DNA of 64,000 nt, from contig RDEW01000104.1 of assembly GCA_011109175.1 (NCBI GenBank), positions 21,036 to 85,035 of the forward strand, written 5' to 3'. This document shows, piece after piece, positions 12,560 through 25,199 of the stretch. The notes under the pieces were generated by a model, which was not told the origin of the DNA, did not search any database, and was given only the letters and a program-made list of their open reading frames with translations. A program made the position numbers and the translations under genes. This DNA is from Dicyema japonicum. Lineage: Eukaryota; Animalia; Dicyemida. Within the stretch, counting starts at the first letter, position 1. Every line of letters starts with the position of its first letter.

Positions 12560-12820
12560 CCATAACTACATTTAACTAGTACTGGACAGAAAACGGTCTT
12601 TTATCCTCATTGCAATACTCCGAAAGCGTCTGTGCTGGGCATTTTATTAGGGAAAACCAGTCTTCCGTTACTCTGTATGCCCTTTTCTTTTCGGCTTATA
12701 TCTAAAAATCAACACCAGGACTTTGGTTCCAGTTTCAAAATTCATATTGATAGTAATATTTCGGTTTTCTGAATACGTGCTTGTGCAGGGACGAGTAAGG
12801 AGCATCGGGCCAAACTAAGG
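12560..12820 (-). mobile_element. Possible integrase C-terminal (GPY/F-like) remnant
   Basis: NFETGTKVLVL..KPKRKG(A)YRV resembles the F..G.KVLV..K....GPY.V module; heavily decayed. Confidence 0.3.
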
Positions 12821-13299
12821 TCCTGCTAGAACGAACTGGGATCACGTAATTAGTTTGTTTGTGTGATCGTGGTCTCTGGTGTTATTATTATTATTCCACC
12901 TTATTAGTAGATTGACGAACTGTGATTGCAGAGGTGATGTCCATTCCTCTGCACTCGGATAAATCAGTCTAAATCAAGGTATTTCAAATGATGACTATTT
13001 GGACAGGTATAGTGTGGTGGTTGTGGTGTCTTTCATGACAAGCTGAAATTTATATCCGACCAGTGCATCCACACAGTACCCGCTTACAAAATTCACTGGA
13101 TAACCTGAACATTTTGATACGATGAACAAACTACACACAATTCAAAAAAATTCGTGCTCCATAATTTTTACTTCGAATAGAAGATTCTATGATGGTTTCG
13201 AAGTGGAGGTGGTTGGACGGTGTGAATTTGTTGCATCTGATTATTTTCGAATGACTCCATTTAAAACACAGAAGTTTTTAAATTTTTGCTCAGGAATGC

Positions 13300-13960
13300 T
13301 AATTGACAAAATGTGAGATTAAACGTTAAGATTTAGACCGGAAATATATTTGGGACATCAACAATTCTGAGATGTCTGAATTCAAGACTGGACAATGATC
13401 ATTCTTTAACGAACCTTTAATTCCTCGCATTTTGATCTAATCGTCGACTCTGTCTTGTTGTTGGTAATGCCCTTCTGATTATAAATAGAATTCATCAGGC
13501 ATTTCCATAAACGTAGCAATTTTAAATAGCTGGGCAATCTGTTCAATATTATATTGTTAAGGAAACTTTCAATCTTATATTTAATTATTTCTGATACACC
13601 GAGAAAAAAACATCAAATAACTAAAGAACAGGCCAATCTTAATCAGTGGATCATCTAACTACGGAAATAATTTTGCGACTCTGTTGATAGGCTTTGAAAA
13701 AAGCCATCGATTTACCTGATCATGATCGGGTTTTACTTCTTGTATAGGGTACTTGATAACTCTGCCTTCCCTACTGGAATGTAGATTTTGCGAAAAACTT
13801 ATTCACGAAATTGAAAATTAAGCGATTATTATTGTCAACCACAACCTAGGATCTCTTTTTTATGCAACTAACTATCTGCTGTTTATGGACGACCTAAAAA
13901 TATTATCTCGAGAAGAAAGCACAACGATTGTGATCATGAAAATAATTTCTTCTTAGAAGC
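13300..13960 (+). mobile_element. Degenerate R4/NeSL-like reverse transcriptase remnant
   Basis: NYLLFMDDLKIL motif near 13880, preceded by decayed KKAFD-like sequence. Confidence 0.5.
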
Positions 13961-14411
13961 AGCTGAACCTGAATAAAATGTCGTAAAATATACAACTAAT
14001 ATGCTCGGTTTGGATATAAGGCTAATTTGCTTGACCGAATGGATAGATATCGGTGTGTTAGAGCAGTTTTTTCTCAACAACGTCGATTCATACTTCAGGG
14101 GCAAATTTTATAGGTTAAGGAACTTTTTTTTCTTTCTGGAACTATTTTTGAATTAAAGAATTATGATATGTCTCAATCATAATAAATAATCTGTGATATT
14201 TTGTTAGTTGAGTAACACCGGCCTTTTTAACTTGTAAGAGGCAGCAGCTATTAAATAGGACGCTGAAGATAACGGTCGCTACCAATTTTCGATGTGGATC
14301 AACCTCACGTCGAAAAAATTGGATACCAGTTTTAATCTGGCAACTGAGTAACCATAATTATTCCCTGTCAACATGTTCAACGACCTCGGGAATTCGACTA
14401 GATATTGGCAG

Positions 14412-15370
14412 TTATTTATCGGTCGCATAGCCCCAGAAGTAAGAGAAATTCGCAGATAAATTAATTGCTGTTTGAAATTTAAAAATTGAATCAAACATAC
14501 TCTCCAAAGTCTTCCGTAACACTAGCGTCAGTATATGAGCTTTGAGCCTCTCCTCCACCTTGAGGGCATCCAAGTGGCCTTTGAAAAATCTCGAGACAAT
14601 TCCATCGACTGCGATGGGTACAAAAATTATTTTCATCTTTGCGTGATGGATAATATCAAGTCCGTTGGCCAGTAAGTCATACTTGTGGAACTTTTCTACT
14701 GCGACCTGCTTGAGGCAGTTTTGCAAAGTGATCCCAATTTTAACTACAGTAATCGTATTTTTTGTCTTATCATAAACGATAATGTTGGGTTTATTATTCG
14801 TTATAGCCGAATCCGTACTGATCGTTATGTCTACACGAATCTCCACAAATTCATTTGCGAAAACAGATGCAACCTGAATCATTCTCCACTTACTTTTCTC
14901 AGCGTTTTGTTAACCAAATTCAGACGAATCTTCCATTTTGTGACAAGTTTCCTAATAAACCTGACAATCAAGCATGGAAGACCAATTTTGTAATACCTGA
15001 TGCAGAAACTGGTGGTCAACCGAGTCATAAGGTTTTATTTTACGTCAATCCAAGTGGAATTCAAACTGTTTACATTTTGTTGATTTACGGACTTGTTGAC
15101 GATAGCCCGTTCTTATGCACCTTTGTGCATTTTTGCGTTCCCAGTTGATTATCAGTGATTAAGGCATATGATATAATGTATTCTGATAATTTTTTGTTCA
15201 AACACTTTGTCAATATTTTTATCAAATTAGGCATATAATCTTCTACATCTCCTCACAAAGATATCCATGAACAGGAAGTGAAGTTCTTGTTAAATAAAGT
15301 GGTAGACATCATCACAACCAGATGGCTTCCAATTTGGAAACATCTTGATAGTCTCGGTGATTTCCTCTCC
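14412..15370 (-). mobile_element. R4/Dong/NeSL-like RLE non-LTR element, internally deleted
   Basis: ORF 14412-14882 NEFVEIRVDITI..NNKPNIIVYDK..IGIT..EKFHKYDLLAN..VLRKTLES is an RLE domain; upstream EITETIKMFPNWKPSGCD matches the RT N-terminal region. Confidence 0.75.
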
Positions 15371-15584
15371 ATGCTAAAAATAAATTTTATTTTGTTAAAA
15401 AAATATAAAATAGATAAAATCTAATTATTTAAATAACTACTAAAATAACAAAACCTTTAACCAAAAATATTAAATTTAAGCCTTGTTCTTTTATCCATAT
15501 ACGTGAAACTTTAACTCTAAACACTAACTCTTACAGAAAACCCTCAAAGTGTAAATTATTAAACATAATTTATTAATTAAATTA

Positions 15585-16330
15585 TTTAGCGTTTTCGATC
15601 ACTTTAACTCGTGACCTGTGAATATTTTCATCCTCATTGTTATTGAGAAAACAATTATCTCCCTCAATTGTACGATGAGCTGGATTTTCGCCATGATCTC
15701 CTCGTTTGAAGACCTTTTCACCAACTTTTAAAGTTTCTTCGTCGTTTCTCCATTTTTTCAATCATCTTTAGTGCTGCTACTTTGGTATATATTTGTGCCT
15801 CTTCCCTTGCTTCATCCACTCCATAAGACAGAAAATTAGACAAATCCTTCGAATTGCTTCATATGGATACTTACATCCCATATATATGAAGAATGTCATT
15901 TGTTTCGTTGTCACGTGTATCGAATTGTTGTAATTAAAAACAATTTTTAAATGAAGAACATAACTCCCAAACTCCACTGGAAGCGGATGTAAAGGAAATC
16001 CATTTTTTATTGATTGGTTAAATCTAAATTTGTAATTTCTTTTTTACCTCTCTACTTGACCTTGTATCCATGGATTTATTTTTAAATTCTTTTCCGATAT
16101 CCGTGTGTAGTAATAACGGGGGGCCACATGTATAAAAAATTTTTTTTAAAGTTTCAACTACTTCCTTTGAATTTTTTGAGTAGAGTTTCGACCATACCAT
16201 ATTTGCTAAAGCAATCAACAACTGTCAAAAGCTACAGAAAATTAATGAGAAAAAATACCACTGTCAATAGATTTTATTATTCTTTTAGCATCCTTGTAAC
16301 ATCAAAGATATTTAAAAGTGGTCTTCATTT
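15585..16330 (-). mobile_element. Ginger/GIN-like (KRBA2-type) integrase transposon remnant
   Basis: SKEVVETLKKIFYTCGPPLLLHTDIGKEFKN, then YNNSIHVTTKQMTFF, then LKVGEKVF; frameshifted. Confidence 0.65.
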
Positions 16331-16349
16331 TTACATATCTCATTAAGTT

Positions 16350-16720
16350 TTGAAAAAAACCCAACTCAATTAATGGAACAATCACTGACTCTCCAATCTA
16401 TGGGAACAGCCTTTTTTCGAGACCAATTCAGATATTTTATAGGAGGTTTCCAGTCTTTACAAAAAAAACTAACTAAAATGCTAACAATTAGTTTGTGTTT
16501 TCTGTAGTTTTTTTGATTATAAGATTGTTAAAATAAATCTCCCTTAGTTTTCCAAGTATTTGATAGGTTTGTCAAGTTTAGACGAATGCCTGCTTCGCAA
16601 AATGCTGCAATATTCTTGATTGCTTCATTTGACAAAATAACATTGCATATTAAACAATAAGGGTTTGTTTCATTAATGGGAATAAGCTCAATAGAATCTG
16701 CTTTGATAATTACGAACACC
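16350..16720 (-). mobile_element. hAT Buster-type transposase N-terminal remnant
   Basis: PYCLICNVILSNEAIK matches the P.C..C..VLSNE.MKP BED-like finger of Buster/ZBED8 transposases; compare 57217-57450. Confidence 0.5.
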
Positions 16721-17278
16721 TTTTAATAATTTCTAAAATTGAGAGTTATTGAATTTTTATTTAATTAAATCTATTTTACTTTTTATTAATGCTTTCGTTT
16801 TTTCAATAAAAATTAAAAAAATCAATAATTCCATAGTTCAAGTTGAGAAGCACTGATATACGTACAGCCTTGCTGGATGATCATTAATGTTTATTCAATT
16901 TGAGCTCCACCTAGAGCTTCTAATGTTCTCATCACTTCGTCCATGTTCATGAGAAAAAAAAAAGGGATTTCATCCATCACTAAGACAAGTAGTTATTCTC
17001 CCCCCATAAAATTACATAACCCCCAAATTTCCAACCAATTACCAAACAAAGCATACTCAAATACCCGTGCTAAATACAGCTTCAGGGAGTATATCAATCC
17101 ACCCAAGAAATGTTCAGAATGATGCACCACCTATCTAAGCTACACCACCATCAAAAGCATAATCTCCTATAAGATGATGCAGCAACTAAGCAATTTCACA
17201 AAATACTTAAGAGGCAAGCAATACTTTCCCCACCAAGCATATTAAAAACAAAGAGAAAATCATAAATATTTTAAATAC

Positions 17279-18849
17279 TTAATCTTCTGTTTTTAATAGA
17301 GAATCAGGCAAATCACTGATTGCACTACAATTTGAGAAATTTCTTAAATGATTTTGACCAAGAAAATCCTCGGCATTCAAAGTGTCTGATTTAGAAGCCA
17401 AAAGAACATTCTTTGGACCCTCAACCTCTTCAACATGCTGAGATATCGGCTTCGACATAATACTGCTAGAAAAAGAAACAGCGCTTCCATCCGAAAAATT
17501 CCGAATGTGAGATTTATCGATTTTTAGTTTACTTGGAACTTTTTTTCCCGCCTTAAAAGCCTCAGCATGTTTATCCAATGTCTCAATGTAGCACTTCCTA
17601 GAGATCTCCTTCAAGGACTCAAGCCTCGCAACAGAAGGCTTCCTTGAGCTCACCAAGGATTACCTCAACCCCCGAATAATCAAAGACCCCGATGATTGAA
17701 GCAGGGATGCGGTTGCTGATGAGCTTCCCGAGACGATGGCGACTCAGGGCAAAGACATAGGGGACATTCTGCTCTCTGCACAACGTCAGCATCCTGTCAA
17801 TGCAGTCATTCAGCCCACCTGACATTACACAGTAAATAAACCCTTATCCTTGATATTCTCGATATTAGGGGCAACCAGTAGCAGTCGTATTCTCTTGTTA
17901 GTGAGGTGTTTGATCACCTCCCGAATCCCAATTGTGAAGCGTAGTTTGGTTTTCGCCTAAATAGCAAGGACTCCCTACCTTATAAGAATTCTTCTGCATA
18001 TTCCTGTTCTGGAAGAACTTCAACCGTTCCACAATCTCTGAGACCACCTCATCGATCTCAATAGTCGTGAAGTGATCACAGTATCTGGGATAATCACTTG
18101 AAGCTAACTCTCGGAATTTGTCACTGTGGATGACCTCTTTGGCCATCTTAATGAAGGTGAGGTCGTCGTTTGGTGGAATATCTTCTTCCCTGTCCTCATT
18201 GGGCCTATTCCGCTCACGAATTATCACCAATTTAATGTTGAAAGCAAAATACCTTCTTTAATGTGGTCAGTCGGCCTTTCTCGGACTTTTTTCCGGGATA
18301 ACTTTTCGGCGCGGAAGAATCAAGAACATTTAACGGATTCTGGTGGTTTGCAGGCCTTAGAGTTGGTTTACTCGAGACTTTAACATATTTTGAAGGGTCC
18401 TTGGCTGTCTCTGGTAACTTTAACGGTTCCGGGTTCTGAAATACTAAAAAAACGTGAAATTACGAAAAAATCAACGAACTTCCCCCTTCTTGACTTTTCT
18501 CGTTTAAATTTGGGTTGTTCTAATTTTGTTGTGAGGTCACTCATTCCATTGGTGATCTCTTAACGTTATTTTAACGGAAGACCTTCGACTGCGGGAGGGG
18601 GAGCCACAGGGTCGGGAATTGGGGGAGAATTCTCATAAGTAGGACAATACTGACTTTGGGCTTGGTAGTAGAAGTACATGGGGTCATAGTAATATCCCCC
18701 ATAATATATAAACGGCTGTTGGGGGTAAATATTTTGATAATAAAGTGGATTGGGAGCAGGAAAGGCATAATTGTTGGGACTTTAAGGTGAATTTGAAAAT
18801 AAAACTTTTTGAAGCTCTCGTTGCCGTTATTCCCCTTTTCTGAGTTCAT
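17279..18849 (-). CDS. SECISBP2: SECIS-binding protein 2 (SID plus L7Ae domain)
   Basis: Spliced: RLTTLKK..IIRER, YCDHFTTIEIDEVVSEIVERLKFFQNR, AKTKLRFTIGIREVIKHL, GLNDCIDRMLTLCREQNVPYVFALSRHRLGK..ASIIGVFDYSG; aligns from memory with the SBP2 C-terminal domain. Confidence 0.9.
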
Positions 18850-19229
18850 TCTCTACTTTGGTAATGATTAATTGTGAATATTCATAATTTATTAGCAGAG
18901 TTTAGATAAACCGCAAAAATATTCGCATTAAAAAATACCACATCATAACATAATTAATTAAAAAATATATATTAATTTTTTGAAAATTTTTATTAAATTA
19001 ATATATTATATTTATATTCAAAAAACCTAAAATGAATGAAACAATATAACGAAGAAACTATTAAATTTATTTGATAGAAGGCCAGAAGTTAATCAAAAAC
19101 TAAAATTTGCTTGTGAAAGCTTAAAAATCATAGAAACTCTATGTCTGATAACATCAAATCAGAATTGTTAGCGTGGCTTGTACGTTAAAATAGATAATCT
19201 ATTTAATTGTATGTTTTTGAAAACTGCAC

Positions 19230-19500
19230 TCTGTCATTAACGACAGGACTATTGATTCACAATAGAAGACAAATAAGGGGAGGTTACTTGGAAAACTTAA
19301 GACCTGCTATTTTACGAGTTTTGGCAAAAATGTTTTGGAACTAATAAAGCCAATAAATTTTGTTTAAAAGCTAAGCGGATTTTGTTAAGGATAATTAACC
19401 ACTGAAATAGTCTGGAGTCATAGATGGATGTGCAACAGACCAAAGATACAAAATGCTGTTAGTATTCTTGGAATGCACAATCTAAAAATTCGTATTTCTT
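19230..19500 (+). mobile_element. Possible Merlin/IS1595-like transposase remnant
   Basis: GRLLG-encoding GAGGTTACTTGG is shared with the 25200-25720 remnant; GMHNLKI is weakly like G.HTN.IE; very decayed. Confidence 0.2.
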
Positions 19501-20309
19501 TTAGGAGACAGTGTATCATTAGAATAAATGTGTTGAATGCATAAGCTAATAAAATATTGGTTCAACTCAAATCCTTAGTGTTAAACTCATGAGAGAGTGG
19601 TACTACTCCTTCGGTTAAGCCGATATAAACTATGACTTGGTAGTTGAAACAACTGATGATTCCCTTCTTGTTTGGATGTACGAAATGATGGATTCAGGAG
19701 AAATAGGATACTAAAAATTTCGAATTGATGGATCGCTATACTGCTTTTGATTCGAATCTTGTTTGGTACAAAATATGGGGGAACTTGGACAAGACCGCCT
19801 TAAGGAGGAACAAGGGCGTTTTATATATTGAATTGAATCTATTGATTTGTTTGTAAAGGTAGACTATTTTCTATGGATCCTAGAATTTCTAATGACAAAA
19901 ATTAAATACTTTTTTAGTATTAAAGGCAATTTATCTAAAAGGAGAGCAGCTTTGAAAAAACTCAGAAAATTAAATGGTTTATGATGGCAAATGACTGCTC
20001 CAGTTGATCACCGTTGCTATTGTGGGAGGAAAGCTACAGCAATAATGACGGTGGGGATTAATAGACTGATTAAATAATCTTAATGGAAAATTAAACCCAT
20101 ATTATCGCTTTTCACAACAACGGATTAAAACACGAAGATAATAATCTAACAATTAAAATATAAAGAATTTGTAATAAATTATGAATGAGCTGACATGAAG
20201 CAAAAGTAGCTCGAAATTCCAAATGAACTAAATTCTATGTGTTTGCATATTTTATATTATTTCTGACCACGAAGGAAACACCAAGAATGAAGGAGATAAA
20301 CCATCTAAT

Positions 20310-20790
20310 TAAGTGATCGGCAGACTTCAACAGGATCGAGAGCTTTTTGAAGTGCTCCTCCATAGTACCCACAGCTTTTCTGACTCGACGACGTTCCTCT
20401 TTCATGAGAATTTAGAAATGCGTGGTTTTATTTTCCAATTTGAGTGTATTGGGGGCTTCTACCTCTGATGGTAGAAGCGATCGGATTCGGAGCATCAGAA
20501 AGTGAGCCGAACCATTGTTCCGGATCACTGCGTTGTCGAGTATGAAACAATGGGTGAACAGAGAAACTTGTTTCGTGGACTACTTTTGCTCTTAGGAAAT
20601 TTTGGTCCTGGGTTTTTGTCAATGTCTACAGAAAGCAAGATATTCAGAAGAGCAAGAACGCCTCACATTTCGAGTTGAGGTATACCATTGAGTCGACTGG
20701 GTGGGAAAATAATTCTTTGGGTGTCTTTCCACTGAGCGCACCACATAAGGTGAACCGCCTGACTCCACGCTAACATTCTTCATACTTTAC
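20310..20790 (-). mobile_element. Internally deleted LINE derivative: 2A-like N-terminus joined to thumb and 3' end
   Basis: M*GVLALLNILLSVDIDKNPGP, then KFLCSPIVSYSTTQ*SG (thumb-like), then VGTMEEH..IT*; 3' part is homologous to 28500-28730. Confidence 0.55.
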
Positions 20791-21044
20791 TGCAGCAGCT
20801 AAAATCAGTACGTACTAATTTAATAATGAGATCACGAGTTAATGAACTTACGTAAATTTAATTAAATTTACTAGAAAATGATTATTTTTACACAAAAATT
20901 TAGATCATTAAAATTTTAACTTATACTATTAGTATAACATTCCACAGAACGTATTTTTCAACTTCAGTTCAAATATTTAATATTTTAAAAATTAATAAAA
21001 ATATAAATAATGTGATAAAAATTAAATAGATAACAATATTATTC

Positions 21045-24000
21045 ATGTCATCTGATAAGGCTCTGGGAAGTGTAATTTCTTTCCAAAAGTACCAGATTAA
21101 ACTATCTAAAGTAATCGCTCAGGGTAACTACTTGCTTTGGACAATTTTAGGGGGGTTTGGGGTTGTGTACTGCGGAGTAGACGTGAATACCAAAGAGAAA
21201 TATGCTGTGAAGGTAAGTTGACCTATTTTACTGCCAGCGACTTATCACGACTCCATCAAGGAAGGAGGTGATCAAGAGAGAGGTCTTCTTTTCTGTTGTA
21301 ACTTTATTTTGACTTTTTTAGCGACAGTTTGGGGACAGTCCTAATATTGTGAGGATGTATGAAGCCTGTGAGACCAAAATCGGTGGAATTAATCAAGTTT
21401 TCCTTATAAATGAACTCTGCTCTGGTTTTTTGAATTTTTAGGTTAGGTGGCACAATTTTGCAATACCTCAATTCAAATGGACGTTTTTCAGAGCAGGAGA
21501 TAGCTTATATTTATATCCGTTTATTACAGGCTGTCAGTGTACTCCACAATTTTAATCCCCCGGTCATTCATCGAGACTTAAAGGTGGTGGAGTTTATAAT
21601 TTATAGATTGAAAATATTTTGGTCACAAAAAACGGGGAAATTAGGCTCTGTGACTTTGGAAGTGCCACCAATCAGTTCTATGATCTCTCCGATTACTCAG
21701 TACAGCAGATTAATTCCCTAGAAGATGAGGTTTGTAATTTCTTAGCAATAGATTGCTGAATTTACCACCCCACTGTACCGTTCCCCTGAAATGGCTGATC
21801 TCTTCCAAAGAGGAGTCCTGGGATTGGGACAGGACACTTGGGTGAGCTTTCTCAGTTAAAATAGGCCCTTGGCTGTGTTCTTTACTGTTTTTGTTTCGGT
21901 CAACTTCCCTTCGTCTCCCCATTGGCTATCACCCGGATCAACTATACTCTGCCTGACCACCTTTTTTCTCCCCTCATCGGGAAGATTTTTGTACTTCTCC
22001 CAAGACCCTCAGTGTCTGAGATAACAGCCAGTTTTCTGGAAATTACAAAGCAATTCGATTTAAACCGCACGCCTGGCTTTTTAATCGAACAAAGAAAAGG
22101 TTATTTATTATAGCCAAGTCGTTTAGGCCGCATTAATTTCATGAGCAAGGCTAAGGACCAGTTGGAGCAACTGGGGGGCTCTATTCGCACAAACCTAAAG
22201 GACTATTCAAGCAAAATTGTCTCCAATTCAAACACAGAGACCTGCAAAATCGAAACGAAAGCAGTTACTTCCCGCATAATGGGTTTATCCCCCATATAAT
22301 CATAGTGTTCACATCTAGTGATGTGGATAAATCTACAATGAGTGAATGCGAGAAAATGATTGATGCCTTGAAAGCTAAAAATCAAGTTATTTTCGTCAAT
22401 TTTCCCTCCACGTCAAATAAATTAGCAAATGTTTGAATTTCCCTCTTAAATTAGACCGCTGATATAACGTGGTTCAGACGCAGTGGTGATACCCTATATA
22501 ACACATTGACCACGCTTTCTAGTGTCCACAAACGAATGATTTCTTCTCCCAACGTTATGTGCGTCCTTTATGGCAGAGTATTTGTCCTCAATAATTGGCA
22601 GCAACAAAGCTCCCCTCTCCACTTTTTTACATGTGCTTTGCTCATTTACTGTCGTCTGTTTGACAATGTCGAGGACGTCAATGAGTTTGTCTCCAATAAG
22701 AAGGGTCCTGTGGTTCTCTCCGACCTCGAACGCGGGTTGTTTACTCTGATTATCCCTTAGACTCTTAAATTACATTGCTAGGATAATTTGCGACGCCGAA
22801 AAGTTCTCTTCTCATTACGACTGGCAGATCATTGAAGTGACTTTGACTCACTTACCAAAGCCGTATGATTTGGGTCATTTCAGTGCCTGCAAGTTATATA
22901 TGAAGATCCTTGTCGACAATAAACGAGCATTTCCCAGTAACCAGTCGACCTGTCCGATTCCCTCGTCCAGCAAGGTGGAGGTCGACATTTCTGTACGTGG
23001 AGTCATCAAACTGGAAGTGTATTACCTATCGAAAGAACAAAATGTAACTTAAAATTAAAATTTCGCCAGATTTTGCCGCTCTTTTACCTTTTGTTGAATA
23101 CGGAAAAGCTGAAGAGTAACGTTACTTTCCACCGTTTTTCCAGGTTTCCGTCGCCGTGATTTAATTTAGGAATCACGTTAAATTTTCCGACTCAACTGCT
23201 CTCAGATTCGACAACTTTGAAGTCGTTTTGAAGATGACTCCGAGTGACAATGGACTGTCCTTCATAGACAATCGTTGGAGGGAAATTTCCACTAATTCTC
23301 TCTTCCCCTCCGCTGTTACTTCCTCCACTAATGAGATTTCCGTCATCTCTGACAACTTTAGTTGGATTTTCCTTAATTCGCAGATATTTCTGAATTATCG
23401 AAAAAGCTTATAAGCAAGGAGTCGCCTGAAACAACGAACCCCAAACTAAAAAGGAAACCATCCCTTAAGACTGCTCCAAAGTCCGAAAAACCCATGACTG
23501 AAGTTCTCTAGTAGTCCTAATTTGACAGGCTCAGCAAAATTTGTTTTCTTTTGAAGAACCGAATATTTCTGATGCGAAAGATGACTTGACTGAGTCAAAG
23601 AAAACTAGTGGAGATTTATTTAGCTTCCATAACGACAACGAAAGGACAAATATTTTTCAGGGAGACAAAAATGAGGACTTTTTACTTGACTTTGACGACA
23701 AAGCCCAGCCTTTTCCTTTGCTAGTAGATCCCGTCATTTCGAATCCCGAGGAGGACCTCTTCAACATCCAAGGGAATAAACATCAGGATCTTTTCAATTT
23801 CCAGCAGAATGAAGACTGGGATCCGGGTAACTTCCAACAAGATCAGAACAAGAACCCGTTTAATATTCAGAATATGCAGAATCAAGACTTGTTTGATATT
23901 CATGAGAATTGTAACGAGGATCTATTCAATATTAACTCGAAACAGCCTGATGACTTGTTGGATTTTCAACAAGACCATGTAGGGGACCCTTTTTATATTC

Positions 24001-24691
24001 CTCAACCCCCAAACCAAGGCCCGTTTGATTGCCCGAATAAGAAGGATACGTTCATTGACCCCTTGGAAGGACTATCATTCTTTAAGGAACCTCAAAAAAG
24101 CCAGACTAAGGTTAGTCCCCAAAACCCGAGCCATGCTCCCTTCGAATCACAAAATACTAAGGAAAATAAAGAAAAGCCTTATCAGAGTAATATACCCACC
24201 ATGGAAGAAACCATGTTTACTGAGAAGACTCGGAGATCCGGAGGTTTGTCTCATCAAATGAGCTTAGCTTTTGATGATGTACTTGGTGGCTTCAAAATGG
24301 ACTCGTCGGTTCCGCCTCCTTCTCCACCAGTTCAAAAATCGATGAGGGAGTTGAAAGAGAGTGGTGCTGATCAGTCGTCTGCCACCCGGAAACGAGTAAT
24401 AATTATGATGTATTCGAGGTAGCCCAATGGGCTCATGGAAAAGGGAAGAATATTCGTTTACTGTTGTCCACTCTTGGAGATGCTTTATGGGAGGATGCGC
24501 CATGGACTCCAGTCACGATGGGACATTTGATTACAGCTAATGATGTAAAGAAAGTGTATCGTCGTGCAGTTTTGGTGGTTCATCCAGACAAAATGAAATC
24601 TGGGAAAACCGAGGAATTTGCTTCTCTGATATATTCAGAACTTAGTGAGGCCTGGTCATTGTTCACATCAACTGGAATGAAGGACCTATAA
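21045..24691 (+). CDS. GAK: Cyclin G-associated kinase / auxilin (NAK kinase, eroded PTEN-C2 region, clathrin-binding region, J domain), 17 introns
   Basis: IAQG|GFGVVY, YAVK|R, PPVIHRDLK|IEN, LCDFGSA, TTPLYRSPEM, QDTW|ALGCVLY; C-terminal WAHGKGKNIRLLLSTL..W..KKVYRRAVLVVHPDK; spliced frame is continuous. Confidence 0.92.
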
Positions 24692-24864
24692 TATTTATAT
24701 TTGTTAGGATATACTATAAATTAATATTTTAAGTATTTTTTATTTTAAATTTTTATTGTAAAATTTAATATTAATTTCTTAGTAGTTTTACATAAAAAGC
24801 TTATCGAGAATATGGAAGGCCGATACTCATCTAGTTATGAGAAACATGTATAGGTAGTACATTT

Positions 24865-25075
24865 AGTCATGTTTCTCATGTGCATGCGCCTCGTGGAGAC
24901 CTTCCATATCTTGGACGAATATGAGAAAGATTGAGGAAATGCAAAATAGGGTGTTCAGAGTTCCGGAGCGGTGGATTTGTAGTGAATATCGATCCAGACC
25001 TATTCCTCTAGAAGCTCTTATGCAACTGGACTTGTGGATGTGACGCTGCGTCCCCGTTAATTAGGTTAGCTGCCC
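24865..25075 (+). mobile_element. LINE thumb/3' fragment
   Basis: CATGCGCCTCGTGGAGACC..ATATGAGAAA..GAGGAAATGCAAAA shared with 39740-39990; encodes CASWRPSISWTNMRK. Confidence 0.55.
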
Positions 25076-25199
25076 AGTACGAACAGCGGTCAAGATGAGG
25101 ACTTGACTATTTTTCATTTAATTTGTTAAAAATTCTAATTTTCCAGTAATATTTGCCGATTCTCTAATTGGTCAATATTTTTTTAGTAATTCCGAAGCA

